Positions 1 through 12,170 are shown, counted from the first letter of the stretch. The stretch is 64,000 nucleotides of DNA from an uncultured bacterium (GCA_963759775.1 CAVXAH010000001.1:400682-464681); one strand, 5' to 3'. Numbers and translations: made by a program. Notes: generated by a model from the letters alone, not told the origin.

Positions 1-1
1 G

Positions 2-1628
2 GAGTCCTACGGCAAAGCAATCGGGATTCCACGCTTCTTTTCTATTTTTGACCGCGATGATTCTGAACGCGCAATAGGTGCCGCAGCTCAAGGCGCTTGA
101 TGTGGAGGCGAAAGAGCTTTCGCCACGCGCGGTGCTCTCGCGCATTTCCAAAGCGAAAGGAGAAGGAATGACCGCACCAGAATTCCGTGAGAAAAGTGGT
201 CGCTCTAGTTTTATAAACCGTATCGCCGCGGATGCATGGCTCGCGTATGACCGGACACTCCGCGAAGAAAAAGCGTTGGACTTTGACGACCTCATTGCGC
301 TCCCTGTGCGTTTGCTTGAAAAGCACGAGGATGTACGAGTGCTCGCACAAAACCGGTGGAGCCATCTGCATGTTGATGAGTACCAGGACACGAACACGCT
401 TCAAGAGCGGCTCGTCGGCCTCCTTTCACAGAAACATAACAATATTTTTGTCGTGGGAGATGGCGACCAATCAATTTACGGGTGGCGCGGAGCAAAAATG
501 GAAAATATTTTGAATTTTGAAAAGAAATATAAAGACACGCGCACCATTATTTTGGAGCACAATTACCGTTCAACGAGCACTATCGTGGGGGCCGCGAACT
601 CCGTCATAGAGAAAAATAAAAACAGAAAAGAGAAGCGTTCGGTGACCGACAATCCTGCAGGCGAATCTATCACCATGCAGGTTGTATTAAATGCAGACGC
701 GGAGGCGATGTGGGTGGCGCAGGCGATTAAATCGGCGCTCAAGAAAGGCACAAAGCCCGAAGAAATTGCCGTTCTTTTTCGTACCAATTTCCAGTCGCGC
801 GCACTTGAAGAAGGGCTACTTCATGCGGGCGTACCGTATAAGCTTTTGGGAACGCGCTTTTTTGAACGAAAAGAAGTGAAAGATGTGCTCTCGTGGGTGC
901 GACTTGCACTCGAGCCTTCGCGCGAAGCAGACCGCATGCGTGCCGCACAGTTTCCTTCGCGCGGCATTGGGAAAACAACGCTCGGAAAGCTTGCAGCGGG
1001 ACAGCGCGATACGCTTCGCGCCGGAGAGCTTGCGAAGGTGGAGGCATTTGAAGCTCTTATTAATGGCCTCTCTGAAGCAACGGAAACATTTCTACCCTCT
1101 GCATTTGTAAAACTAGTCATAGAGAAAAGTGGGATGGAAAAAGCTCTTGCAGAGGGGACGGAAGAAGAGCGTGAACGATTTGAAAACATTCAGGAGCTTG
1201 CGACGCTTGCATCGCGGCATGATGCACGCCCGGGTAAAGAAGGTATCTCTGCATTTCTCACAGAAGCGGCGCTTGCAAGCGACCAAGACGAACTTGATAG
1301 GGGTGAGAAAAAAGGCGTTACGCTCATGACCGTGCACGCGGCGAAAGGACTTGAGTTTGATACGGTGTTTATCGTCGGCATGGAGGAGGGACTTTTCCCG
1401 CACGAAGGCATGGGTGGGGCAGATGAGCGCGACGAGGAAGAAGAGCGCCGGCTTTTTTATGTTGCACTCACGCGCGCAAAAAAGAAGTTGTATCTCACGC
1501 TTGCGCGTATCAGGAAGATTTATGGCACGGACTACCTCCAAGAGCCCTCCAGTTTCTTGGAAGACATTGATTCTTCGCTCGTTAGTTCCGAGGAAAAAAG
1601 TGACGACGGAGAAGTTATTGAAGCCTAA
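2..1628 (+). CDS. pcrA: ATP-dependent DNA helicase, PcrA/UvrD family (5' end cut by window edge; one frameshift near 75-80)
   Basis: ORF 78..1628 carries SF1 helicase motifs VDEYQDTN, VVGDGDQSIYGWRGA, LEHNYRST, TVHAAKGLEFDTVFIVG, RRLFYVALTRAK. Bases 2-97 in another frame read ...FSIFDRDDSERAI, the expected upstream continuation, so a 1-nt indel lies at about 75-80. Confidence 0.9.
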
Positions 1629-1966
1629 GCGGCTTTCTTAAACTCGCTGTCGTTTGCGGCAGATGAAGGTGTGGCGCCGTAGTGTTCGTTATACACCGCC
1701 TTAATCACATGAAAATCTTTTGGTTTCAACAGATGCTTTTCTTCGTAGTGGTTTTTGAGAAAGTGCTCCATAGCGTCCATGTGTTTACCGCCTACTCCAT
1801 ATTGGAGTCCGTGTTTACCTTCTATGTGTTCAACACCCGCTCGAAGTGCGTTCTCAATTCGCTCACGACCCTGCTCACTCGCGCCCGACTGGTGCAAATG
1901 GCGATCAAGCAATCTTCGAAACGACCCTCGCTCAAAACTAGTGCTGGATAATTTACGTTCAATCAT
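1625..1966 (-). CDS. hypothetical protein (113 aa)
   Basis: Intact ORF with TAGAAT 9 nt upstream of its ATG on the minus strand. 4-nt tail overlap with pcrA. No recognisable motif. Confidence 0.45.
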   Translation of the reverse strand: MIERKLSSTSFERGSFRRLLDRHLHQSGASEQGRERIENALRAGVEHIEGKHGLQYGVGGKHMDAMEHFLKNHYEEKHLLKPKDFHVIKAVYNEHYGATPSSAANDSEFKKAA

Positions 1967-1989
1967 ATACGGGCTATTCTAACATCACG

Positions 1990-2778
1990 ATGCAAGCCAA
2001 AAAATCTCTGGGACAGAATTTCCTCATGCATGCGCGCGACGCAGAGCGTATTGCGGACGCCGCGCATCTTACGAAACACTCGGTTGTTCTTGAGATAGGT
2101 CCGGGCACGGGGAAACTCACACACACGCTTCTCGCGCGCGCGGGTACGGTGATCGCTGTTGAAACTGATACAGCGCTTATCCCAACTCTTCAAGAAACAT
2201 TCAAAAAAGAAATTGAAAGCGGGAAACTCAAACTCATTCACGCCGACATCCGCACCTTTGATCCAAAAGAACTTCCGAAAGGGTACACACTGGTCGCCAA
2301 CATTCCGTACTACATCACCGGAGAAATTATTCGCACATTTTTGTCTGCAGAAAACCAACCGGCCTCAATGACACTGCTTGTGCAAAAGGAAGTGGCGGAG
2401 CGCATCGCGCGTTCTAAAAAGGAAAGTCTTCTCTCGCTTTCGGTAAAGGTCTACGGGACCCCAAAATACGAATTCACTGTCTCAAAAGGCGCATTTGTTC
2501 CGGCTCCGAAGGTAGACTCGGCCGTTCTTTCCATCACAAACATCTCGCGAAGGCAGTTTCAAAATACTGAAGAGGAAGCTGCCTTTTTTACGCTTATTCG
2601 GGCTGGTTTTGCCCACAAACGCAAGCAATTGCTCGGGAATTTGAAGACCATTGCTCTTGAGGAGGTGCTCGGGAAGGCCTTTGAAGAGGTTGATATTTCT
2701 AAAAAAGCCCGCGCCGAAGACATTTCTCTCTCTTCGTGGCTCGCGCTTCGGAGAGCTATTCCACTGTCCCCAAAGTAG
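1990..2778 (+). CDS. rsmA: 16S rRNA (adenine1518/1519-N6)-dimethyltransferase RsmA/KsgA
   Basis: N-terminal KSLGQNFL and SAM-binding EIGPGTGKLT motifs; NIPYYIT motif; length 262 aa. Confidence 0.92.
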   Translation: MQAKKSLGQNFLMHARDAERIADAAHLTKHSVVLEIGPGTGKLTHTLLARAGTVIAVETDTALIPTLQETFKKEIESGKLKLIHADIRTFDPKELPKGYTLVANIPYYITGEIIRTFLSAENQPASMTLLVQKEVAERIARSKKESLLSLSVKVYGTPKYEFTVSKGAFVPAPKVDSAVLSITNISRRQFQNTEEEAAFFTLIRAGFAHKRKQLLGNLKTIALEEVLGKAFEEVDISKKARAEDISLSSWLALRRAIPLSPK

Positions 2779-2813
2779 GAGAAATAAGCCACGGAAAGAG
2801 GGTGATAGAGGGG

Positions 2814-2831
2814 TATAATATATGCCAAATG
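2814..2831 (+). promoter_or_regulatory. perfect TATAAT -10 box 9 nt upstream of the ATG of the next gene
   Basis: TATAAT at 2814-2819, ATG at 2829; no Shine-Dalgarno in between. Confidence 0.5.
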
Positions 2832-3860
2832 GCTCCGTATTCCTCACCAAGCATCGCAAGCATACTTTTGTCTTTAGTCGTCTCGGCAGGGCTCATCGGA
2901 ACGGCGTATCTCCTTGCCCAAAACGCCACTTCTCCCACAACGGTGGAAGCCTCCACAGAAACAGCGCTCCTTCAAGCGGTCACAGCGAAAGACACTGACA
3001 AGGACGGGCTCGCAGACTGGGAAGAACTTCTCTACGGCACCGATCCGAAAAATCCAGATTCTAAAGGGCTCGGAATGAAAGATGGCGAAGCGGTTGAAAA
3101 AGGTCTCCTCGTTCCGAAAGCAATATCTCCCGCGCCAGCCATTGAAACAAAAGAGGCGTCCGGAGGCGGCTCAATAAGTGGGGCGCCCGCAGGAACTTTG
3201 ACCGACTCATTCGCACGAAAATTTTTCACACTCTACATTGCGGCAAAGTCTTCTGCCGGAGGGGGGGAGTTGGGAAATAGCGAAACATCTGTACTTGCAA
3301 CAAAGGCATACAACGAGCTCATTGCAGGCATCGCGCCAACCGCAAATGCTGTGGCAGAAAGAGACCTTACTGTGCGTGGTTCGGGACAAGAGGCACTGCG
3401 CGTTTTTGCAGAGAGCGCCGAGCAAGTCTTTGCTACATACTCGGTAAATCTTCCAAAAGCTCCACTTACCTATTTAGGTGAGGCTGTAGAAAAAGGAGAC
3501 ACCTCTGCTCTAGAAAGTTTGCAGTCTCTTTCCGAAGCCTCCCGCAACACAGCAAAGGGTCTGGCGGCACTCGCAGTTCCGAACGAGCTCTTGGGGGCGG
3601 ATCTCGCGCTCGTGAATGCACTTACGCGCCTCGGAAGTATTTTGAGCGATTTCGCCCGTGCGGACAGCGACCCGCTTGCTGCACTCTTCGCACTAAAGCA
3701 ATACGGAGCAGTGGGGCTAGCTACCATCGATGCTTTTGACAGTATCGAAAACGTATATGTTGCCGCGGGTCTTACATTTGAGCAGGGGACGCCAGGAGCA
3801 TCTTTTGTAAACGTCGCGAAAAATGTTCGTTTGCAGAGTGCGCAAACTAACACACCATGA
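2829..3860 (+). CDS. membrane-anchored, Ala-rich extracytoplasmic protein with DxDxDG calcium-binding-like motif
   Basis: Internal ATG 2829 chosen because the ORF-track start 2736 overlaps rsmA. N-terminal TM helix SIASILLSLVVSAGLIGTAYLL, then DTDKDGLADWEELLYGTDPKNPDS. ATGA overlap with the next gene. Confidence 0.7.
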   Translation: MAPYSSPSIASILLSLVVSAGLIGTAYLLAQNATSPTTVEASTETALLQAVTAKDTDKDGLADWEELLYGTDPKNPDSKGLGMKDGEAVEKGLLVPKAISPAPAIETKEASGGGSISGAPAGTLTDSFARKFFTLYIAAKSSAGGGELGNSETSVLATKAYNELIAGIAPTANAVAERDLTVRGSGQEALRVFAESAEQVFATYSVNLPKAPLTYLGEAVEKGDTSALESLQSLSEASRNTAKGLAALAVPNELLGADLALVNALTRLGSILSDFARADSDPLAALFALKQYGAVGLATIDAFDSIENVYVAAGLTFEQGTPGASFVNVAKNVRLQSAQTNTP

Positions 3861-5563
3861 CGCGGTTCTCTTTTATCCGTAAATGTGCCGCATTCCTACT
3901 CATTGCTCTTCTTATTGCTCCAGCGTCGCTTTCGCTACGCCCCACAACCGCACATGCCGCCTGGCCGGTGAGTATCGTTGGAGGAGATGTGATGAATTGG
4001 ATTCAGAACTTCCTCACACAGATTTCCACATATAAAGCTTTAGGTGAAATTGTCACCGGATCGAACAAAGAATTCGTTCTTGACCCTATCGCGTGGGCAA
4101 TGTCGCAAGCGGTTATTCAAGAGATGACGGGGAGCGTCGTAAATTTTGTAAATGGTAATGGAAACGGAAGTGGGCAGTCTCAATTTGTGCGCAATCTCTC
4201 GGTACATCTCCAGAAAGTCGGCGATAACCAGGCGCTCGCATTTTTGGGAGCACTCTCTTCGGAAATTCCCAATTCTCCATTTGCCGCGGCCATAACCTCT
4301 TCGCTTCGAGGCAACTACGCTGAGAACACATCGCTTGCCGGCTTTTTCGCATCCAAGCAATGCACACTGAACGCGGTGTCCTCTAACATCAATTCATTCC
4401 TCGCGGGAAATTTTAGAGATGGTGGGTGGGCAGCATGGCTTGAGCTCACTACTAAAGAGCAAAACAATCCGTTCATGTTTTACGAGACCGCAAAAGCCGA
4501 GCTCGCAAACGTTGTTGGCAGTGCCCAGGCGGAGCGTTCGGCAACGCTTTCGTGGGGACAAGGATTCCTTTCCTGGTGTCCTAATGGTACCCCCGAGGGA
4601 GCACAGTGCCTCAACAGTGACGGCACCTCAGTCTCTATGAGTACGCCGGGCTCAGTTATAAAAGATGAGCTCACTAAAGCTCTTGGAAGCGGCATTGATA
4701 AGCTCATTGCGGCGGACGAGATAAACGAATTCATCGGAACACTTGCGATACAGTTCTTTACAGATGCGCTCGGCGGTCTTTCAGGAGGACTGTCAGACCA
4801 GTCGGCGCGCGCAAGTGGTTTTATTACGAACTCAACAACATTTTCTCCTGATGAAATGGTGAAACTTGCAGAAAAGAAGATTGCTCTAGCGGCCTCCTAT
4901 AGGAGTGCATGGCAAATCATAGATGCTTCCGCACAAGACGCACAGGCGGGCATACAAGGAATTATTGACACCATTGATTCGCACCTGGATGCGGCTGGGC
5001 ACGCAACCACCTCTCCCTACTGCTCTTACTCTGGCGCCTACCCGCACGCGCTCACGCGTGAGCAGGCGGTCGAAGCGATGGAGAAAACTTCAGGGGCGGT
5101 GCGCGAATCTGCGCGAAAAGCATTTTCGGTTTCGGCCGAGACAACTACGAAGGCAAAGGTCACTATAGACTCCGCGAAATCAATCGACTCCACAAACGCA
5201 AGCGCTATCAGCCAACTCTTCCCACTGGCGCAGGAGCTTCAACTCTTGCCTCCAATGGAGGGAGATGTAGACCGAGCGATCATCAACTCAGGTTCGATAA
5301 ACGTGTTGGATCAGGATGTGCCTGACGGCAACACAATTCGCACCACATATGTAAATGCGCTTCCGATAGGTTCTCTCAACGTGCCTCTTGAAGAAAGAAA
5401 TGGCGCAACAATAGACCAGATGAGTTTGGTACGGCAAAACGCGGATGCGATTCGTGCGTACATGGAGCGGTCCTGTTACCCCAATACTCCGAAAGACAAG
5501 TGTCCGAACCCAAAAAACCCTTACTACCCTTCGTGTAAGGTGTGGCCGCCGTACCGCTATTAA
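3857..5563 (+). CDS. secreted protein of unknown function (568 aa)
   Basis: Signal peptide MTRFSFIRKCAAFLLIALLIAPASLSLRPTTAHA; no TM helix afterwards; Cys/Pro-rich C-terminus CYPNTPKDKCPNPKNPYYPSCKVWPPYRY. Translationally coupled to its neighbours. Confidence 0.7.
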   Translation: MTRFSFIRKCAAFLLIALLIAPASLSLRPTTAHAAWPVSIVGGDVMNWIQNFLTQISTYKALGEIVTGSNKEFVLDPIAWAMSQAVIQEMTGSVVNFVNGNGNGSGQSQFVRNLSVHLQKVGDNQALAFLGALSSEIPNSPFAAAITSSLRGNYAENTSLAGFFASKQCTLNAVSSNINSFLAGNFRDGGWAAWLELTTKEQNNPFMFYETAKAELANVVGSAQAERSATLSWGQGFLSWCPNGTPEGAQCLNSDGTSVSMSTPGSVIKDELTKALGSGIDKLIAADEINEFIGTLAIQFFTDALGGLSGGLSDQSARASGFITNSTTFSPDEMVKLAEKKIALAASYRSAWQIIDASAQDAQAGIQGIIDTIDSHLDAAGHATTSPYCSYSGAYPHALTREQAVEAMEKTSGAVRESARKAFSVSAETTTKAKVTIDSAKSIDSTNASAISQLFPLAQELQLLPPMEGDVDRAIINSGSINVLDQDVPDGNTIRTTYVNALPIGSLNVPLEERNGATIDQMSLVRQNADAIRAYMERSCYPNTPKDKCPNPKNPYYPSCKVWPPYRY

Positions 5564-5566
5564 GAT

Positions 5567-7559
5567 ATGAAACACTTCCTTCTCTCGGCACTCTTTATTT
5601 TCACCCTTCTGGCGGGTGCAGGCGGTTTTGGTGCGGAGCTCGCGCACGCACAATTTTGTGCCGATGGTTCGAGCGATTGTTCAGGAGAAAGCACGAGTGC
5701 ACAACAAGACTCTTTTGTGGGTCCTCCTGATTTGCGAGGCTCGGGAGCGGGCGCAGCTCCAGCTCAGGTCGCAAAAACTGGCACAGGAGATGTCCCACAA
5801 GACTTCAATGTGGATAAAAATTCTGGCTTCAATAGTGTAATGCAGTGGATCATGAGCCTCTTTGCCTGGCTCCTTACTGCTGCCGGAGTCACGCTTGACT
5901 ATGCGGTGTACTACACCGTGGTTAATATGGGAGGAGTCATCGATGGTTCCGGCGGGCTCACTTCAATAGGTGCTGCATGGACCGTTCTCCGGGACTTCGG
6001 AAACATCATTCTCATCTTCGGTTTTCTTGCTATGGGCATCGCAACTATTCTTGATGTGGAGTGGTACGGCTTCAGCAAGAAGATGATTCCGATGCTCCTT
6101 GTTTCCGCCATTTTCCTCAACTTCTCGCTCTTTATTTCACAAGCGGTGGTAGACGTCGGAAATCTTTTTGCTACACAATTTTATACGGCGATTAAAGGGA
6201 ACACACTTTCAGGCGTAAGTTCAGGTAATGATTTTTTAGGCAAAAACGGTCAACTGGCAAATGAAAGCATCTCAACCGCACTGATGAACCAGTTGGGACT
6301 TCAAACTTTTTATGGAGATACAGGTGTTAATACGGCAATCTTTAAGGGCACCAACCAGTATTTAATCGGATTCATGGGAATAATCATTTTCATGATTGCA
6401 GCTTTCGTCTTTTTCTCGCTTGCGTTTATCTTAATAGCGCGGTTTGTGGCGCTCATATTTCTCATCATTGTGGCGCCCATAGGTTTTGCGGGGCTTGCGG
6501 TACCAAAACTTTCTGGTCTTGCAAACAGGTGGTGGGGAGCACTCTTTCAGCAAACCATGGTTGCGCCCGCACTCCTCCTCCTCCTTTATGTCGCACTGAA
6601 AGTTATCACAGATTCGAATTTCTTGACTGGGTTTGGTAGTGGAACCAATGGCGCGTGGACATCTTGGACGAACAGCCCTGACAGTCTTGGGTCACTTGCT
6701 GGCGCGATGCTCTCATTCTTCATCGCAATGGGACTTCTACTTGCGGTCATGTATTTTGCAAAACAAATGTCCGCCTTCGGCGCCGGCCTCGCCATGAAAC
6801 TCGGAGGAATGGCCTCGTTTGGTGTCGTCGGATTTGCGGGTCGAAGAACGGTTGGACGCGCGGGTACTGCGGCCGCAAGTAGATTCCGAAATAGCAAATA
6901 CGCGAGATCAAATATCGGTCGCCTTTTTGCGGGCGGTCTCGACTACGCAGCGAAAGGAAGCTATGACTTCCGCGGTACGGGCGCACTCAAGAATCTTCCT
7001 CTCGGTGGTATTGATGCTGGCAAAGCGCAAGAGGGCGGATATAAGAAAATTAAAGAGGAAGCTGTCAAAGCTCGTATCAACTACGATAAGACTCTTGGTC
7101 TCACGAAGGGGGAAGATGAAAAAGTAAAACAAATAGACGAAGAAATTTCTGGGTATGAAAAAACAATTGAGAACGCCAAGAAAACGATGTCGGAGGAAGA
7201 ACTAAAGGCTTTCAGAAAGCAATACGACAACAGAATGGGCGATCTCAGGAAAGAAAAGAAGGACCTAGAAAATAGTGCCCATAAAGAATACGCCGAAGGC
7301 ATGAAGCGCTGGAGTACTATTGGTGGTCCGGAAAGTGCGATTGGGAAAATCCTCTCCGTTCCGTACTCTCTTCTCGTCGGTCCTGCAGCGAATAAGGAAG
7401 CTTCGAAGAAAATCCTTAAAGAAGCAAAAAAAGAGTATCGAAGAAAAGGAACTTGACGCATTCCGAGAGCTTACCAAGAAAGCAGCGGAAAATAGTGGTG
7501 AAGGCAAAAAAGAAGAGGATAAAAAGGAGAGTAAAGAAGAAACCGCCGGAGCTCATTAA
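5567..7559 (+). CDS. polytopic membrane protein with Lys/Glu-rich coiled-coil tail (architecture reminiscent of TrbL/VirB6, tentative); frameshift at an A7 run
   Basis: Signal peptide plus many hydrophobic helices. As assembled it stops at 7456, just after A7 at 7426-7432. Removing one A joins it in frame to ORF 7320..7559 (SIEEKELDAFRELTKKAAENSGEGKKEEDKKESKEETAGAH), which ends 9 nt before the next gene. Confidence 0.7.
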
Positions 7560-7568
7560 TTCAAGATC

Positions 7569-8477
7569 ATGAATCCAGAAGAACTAACTCTCGAACAAAG
7601 TATTTCTCAGGCAATGCAAGCATTGCCGTTGCCCGCACGTCGTTATTTTAGCGAAGGAAAATATACTTTCGTTGCAAAACGACTCGCTGGGAAATATGGT
7701 CTTCGAGCCGACCAAAGTGGGATTGTGGAGCGTGAACTAATGCTCCTTTTGCTTGGTACAGAAACCGCAGACGAGTTCGCAGCCTCTCTCAAAACAGAAG
7801 CAATGATTTCTGATGATGTGCGTGCTCGAATCATGACGGACCTTAACCAAGAGATGTTTGTGCCGCTTCAAGCCGAAATGCAAAAGGAACCCCAAAACCC
7901 AAGAATCGTCGCGGCAATTGCGCGTGCGCCCAAAATGGTTCAGGACGTTTTGTCCGATCCGAGAACCGAACAAATAGTTGTGGAGATTGGGCGCGGGAAA
8001 AATTTGCATATTGACCAGATTGGAGTGCTCACGACCATGAATCGCGACATGCTCCTCGGTCTTGCAAGTCCGCAAGAGTTTCTACAAAAGATTCTCGCTA
8101 TCGGCGTCCCCGATGTGCATGCAAAAGCAATTCTCTCGGAGGTCAACACAAGAATCTTTATGCCGCTTCACGACAAAATGCGCCGGGGTCCGCAGGTTTC
8201 TACTCCTCCTCAATCTTTTACACCACCACCCACTCCGCGTCCCTACACACCACCTCCGGCACCACGACCAGTAGGAGTCGCTTCTGCGCCGCTCCCACCC
8301 AAGTTGGTTCTACCAGGGATTCTTCCTGGGCAAACGACACCCTCTATAAATAGACTCGAGGGTCGTACGATACCTCCGCCTGTCTACCCGCCCCCCGCTC
8401 CTCGCAGGGACTCGCCGCCAACTCCTCCACCTCCTCACTCAGCCGGGCCTGACCCTTATAGAGAGGCTGTTGAATAA
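7569..8477 (+). CDS. cytoplasmic protein with two tandem ~70-aa repeats and a long proline-rich tail
   Basis: Repeat 1 is ...LRADQSGIVERELMLLLLGTETADEFAASL...IMTDLNQEMFVPLQAEM. Repeat 2 is ...LHIDQIGVLTTMNRDMLLGLASPQEFLQKI...ILSEVNTRIFMPLHDKM. C-terminal ~95 aa are rich in PPP/PxP. Confidence 0.65.
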   Translation: MNPEELTLEQSISQAMQALPLPARRYFSEGKYTFVAKRLAGKYGLRADQSGIVERELMLLLLGTETADEFAASLKTEAMISDDVRARIMTDLNQEMFVPLQAEMQKEPQNPRIVAAIARAPKMVQDVLSDPRTEQIVVEIGRGKNLHIDQIGVLTTMNRDMLLGLASPQEFLQKILAIGVPDVHAKAILSEVNTRIFMPLHDKMRRGPQVSTPPQSFTPPPTPRPYTPPPAPRPVGVASAPLPPKLVLPGILPGQTTPSINRLEGRTIPPPVYPPPAPRRDSPPTPPPPHSAGPDPYREAVE

Positions 8478-8484
8478 CAAAAGG

Positions 8485-8513
8485 TTGCATTTCCCTGCTC
8501 ATTTATATATAGT
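8485..8513 (+). promoter_or_regulatory. sigma70-like promoter TTGCAT-17-TATAGT upstream of rpsL
   Basis: TTGCAT 8485-8490, 17-nt spacer, TATAGT 8508-8513. Leaves a ~105-nt structured leader before the rpsL ATG. Confidence 0.55.
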
Positions 8514-8521
8514 CTCACTCG

Positions 8522-8541
8522 ACCCCGCACGGGGTTCTTTT
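8522..8541 (+). terminator. short GC hairpin plus T-run (terminator of the upstream cluster or leader attenuator)
   Basis: ACCCCG-CA-CGGGGT followed by TCTTTT. Confidence 0.4.
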
Positions 8542-8623
8542 ACTACCAAGCGAGCCGAGTGACAAAGCACGTCTTCGTGCATTTGTCCGAGGCAAGCGCA
8601 GGGAGTAAGCCTACTTAATTCAA

Positions 8624-9031
8624 ATGTCGACCATCAACCAGCTCACGAAGAAGCGCCGCAAAGACAAAATTCGCAAGACGAAGGTTCTTGCGCTTACCCG
8701 CGGCTTTAACTCGCTTGAGAATCGTCCTTCCTTCTTCCCGTCGCCCTTCAAGCGTGGCGTGTGCGTCAAGGTGACGACAAAGACCCCGCGCAAACCAAAC
8801 TCGGCTATTCGTAAGATCGCTCGTGTCCGCCTTTCAAACGGAATGGAAATCACGGCGTACATTCCGGGCGAAGGACACAACCTTCAGGAGCACTCGGTGG
8901 TGATGGTGCGCGGCGGCCGCGTGAAGGACATCGGTGTGCAGTACACTATCGTGCGCGGCAAGCTTGATACGGCCGGTATTGAGAAGCGCCGCCGCGGCCG
9001 CTCTCGCTACGGTGCAAAGCGCCCTAAATAA
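8624..9031 (+). CDS. rpsL: 30S ribosomal protein S12
   Basis: [10 protein letters not shown]...[19 protein letters not shown]...GHNLQEHS, typical S12; 135 aa. Confidence 0.97.
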   Translation: MSTINQLTKKRRKDKIRKTKVLALTRGFNSLENRPSFFPSPFKRGVCVKVTTKTPRKPNSAIRKIARVRLSNGMEITAYIPGEGHNLQEHSVVMVRGGRVKDIGVQYTIVRGKLDTAGIEKRRRGRSRYGAKRPK

Positions 9032-9045
9032 TTTTTATACTCAAC

Positions 9046-9510
9046 ATGCGTCGACCAATTAAAAAGAAGAGAACATGGCGTCCGGATCCCGAATTTAAGT
9101 CGGAGACCGTAACTCGTTTTATCAACACCGTGATGTGGGACGGAAAGAAAGACACTGCGCGTGCCGTTGTCTATGGTGCTTTTCATAAAATAAAAGAGGG
9201 AGGGGCAGACCCACTCGAAACGTTTGAGGCGGCAATCCGAAATGTGTCTCCGCTCATGGAAGTCCGCTCACGCCGCGTCGGTGGTGCAAACTATCAGGTG
9301 CCCCGCGAAGTTCCTCAAAACCGCCGCCTTGCGCTCTCGTACCGTTGGATAATTGGCTCGGCGCGTTCTAAAAAGGGTCGTCCTATGGCAGAAAAGCTTG
9401 CTGAAGAGCTCATCTCAGCTTCAAAAAACGAAGGAGAGGCTATTAAAAAGAAAGATGAGATGCACCGCATGGCGGAGGCAAACAAGGCGTTCGCACACTT
9501 CGCTTGGTGA
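9046..9510 (+). CDS. rpsG: 30S ribosomal protein S7
   Basis: ...VGGANYQVPREV...EANKAFAHFAW, typical S7; follows rpsL. Confidence 0.96.
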   Translation: MRRPIKKKRTWRPDPEFKSETVTRFINTVMWDGKKDTARAVVYGAFHKIKEGGADPLETFEAAIRNVSPLMEVRSRRVGGANYQVPREVPQNRRLALSYRWIIGSARSKKGRPMAEKLAEELISASKNEGEAIKKKDEMHRMAEANKAFAHFAW

Positions 9511-9534
9511 TGTTCACTGAGACATTGAAAGATA

Positions 9535-9568
9535 AAACGCGCGACCGAAGGTCGCGCGTTTCGTTTCT
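9535..9568. terminator. rho-independent terminator after rpsG (possibly bidirectional)
   Basis: AAACGCGCGACC-GAA-GGTCGCGCGTTT followed by CGTTTCTC. Confidence 0.7.
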
Positions 9569-9574
9569 CACCAC

Positions 9575-9925
9575 TTACCGGCAGATGAGCTCGTTCTTCA
9601 ATCCTCCGAATGCTTGAAGAGTAATCCGGAGTGGTTCCCGTGTCATGCCCAGCATCGATTTCCGCTTGAGCCTGCTGCTTGGCGACTTCAAGCGACGGCA
9701 AAGCCTTGCTCGAAGATCGACGTCGTTCCAGTACGAAAGCGAGGTCTGTTGAACGCGATTTTCACCGCCAGGTCCGCTTTGTTGTAAATCCTGAAAGGTG
9801 CTGCGCTCAACTAAAACCGTCTTGGGCGCAGCCACTTCTGCAGTCTGCCCATGGTTTGTCTCCAGTTGTGTGGATACCACCAAACTTCCAGAGAAGAAGT
9901 TACCACACCGTGCCATTCTTTGCAT
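9575..9925 (-). CDS. possible small antisense-oriented gene in the rpsG-fusA spacer, probably frameshift-damaged
   Basis: 116-aa ORF with TAGAAT upstream on the minus strand, ending at the 9535-9568 hairpin. More natural-looking peptide segments ([21 protein letters not shown]..., [24 protein letters not shown]...) lie in the other two minus frames. Confidence 0.3.
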   Translation of the reverse strand: MQRMARCGNFFSGSLVVSTQLETNHGQTAEVAAPKTVLVERSTFQDLQQSGPGGENRVQQTSLSYWNDVDLRARLCRRLKSPSSRLKRKSMLGMTREPLRITLQAFGGLKNELICR

Positions 9926-9976
9926 TTTTCCGATTCTTCGCTATTCTACGGACAACGCTTCGGCGCTTTTTATTTT

Positions 9977-9988
9977 TATAACACTATC

Positions 9989-9991
<3 letters not shown>
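9977..9991 (+). promoter_or_regulatory. -10-like box + 6 nt + ATG (leaderless layout) at fusA
   Basis: TATAAC 9977-9982, ACTATC, ATG 9989. An additional TTGCAT-16-TATTCT lies at 9920-9947. Confidence 0.45.
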
Positions 9992-12141
<2,150 letters not shown>

Positions 12142-12170
12142 ATCCGGCGGACGAAACCTGCCCCGTAGCC

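Noticed and set aside
2736-2828. Long N-terminal extensions given by the ORF track (2736, 12197, 14670, 17562, 33190, 35093, 35484, 44347, 46728, 57803 and others)
   Set aside because: They overlap upstream genes, terminators or promoters and lack family-typical N-termini. Internal ATGs restore canonical N-termini such as KKxGMT for L3 and [10 protein letters not shown] for S19.
7426-7432. Programmed +1 frameshift or phase variation at the A7 run
   Set aside because: It is possible in principle, but the window contains many other indel errors, and nothing else (stimulatory structure, rare codon) supports recoding.
5567-7559. Calling the cluster a type IV secretion or conjugation system because of the VirB6/TrbL-like look of the polytopic protein
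   Set aside because: No VirB4, VirD4, relaxase or pilin-like VirB2 gene is adjacent. The resemblance is architectural only.
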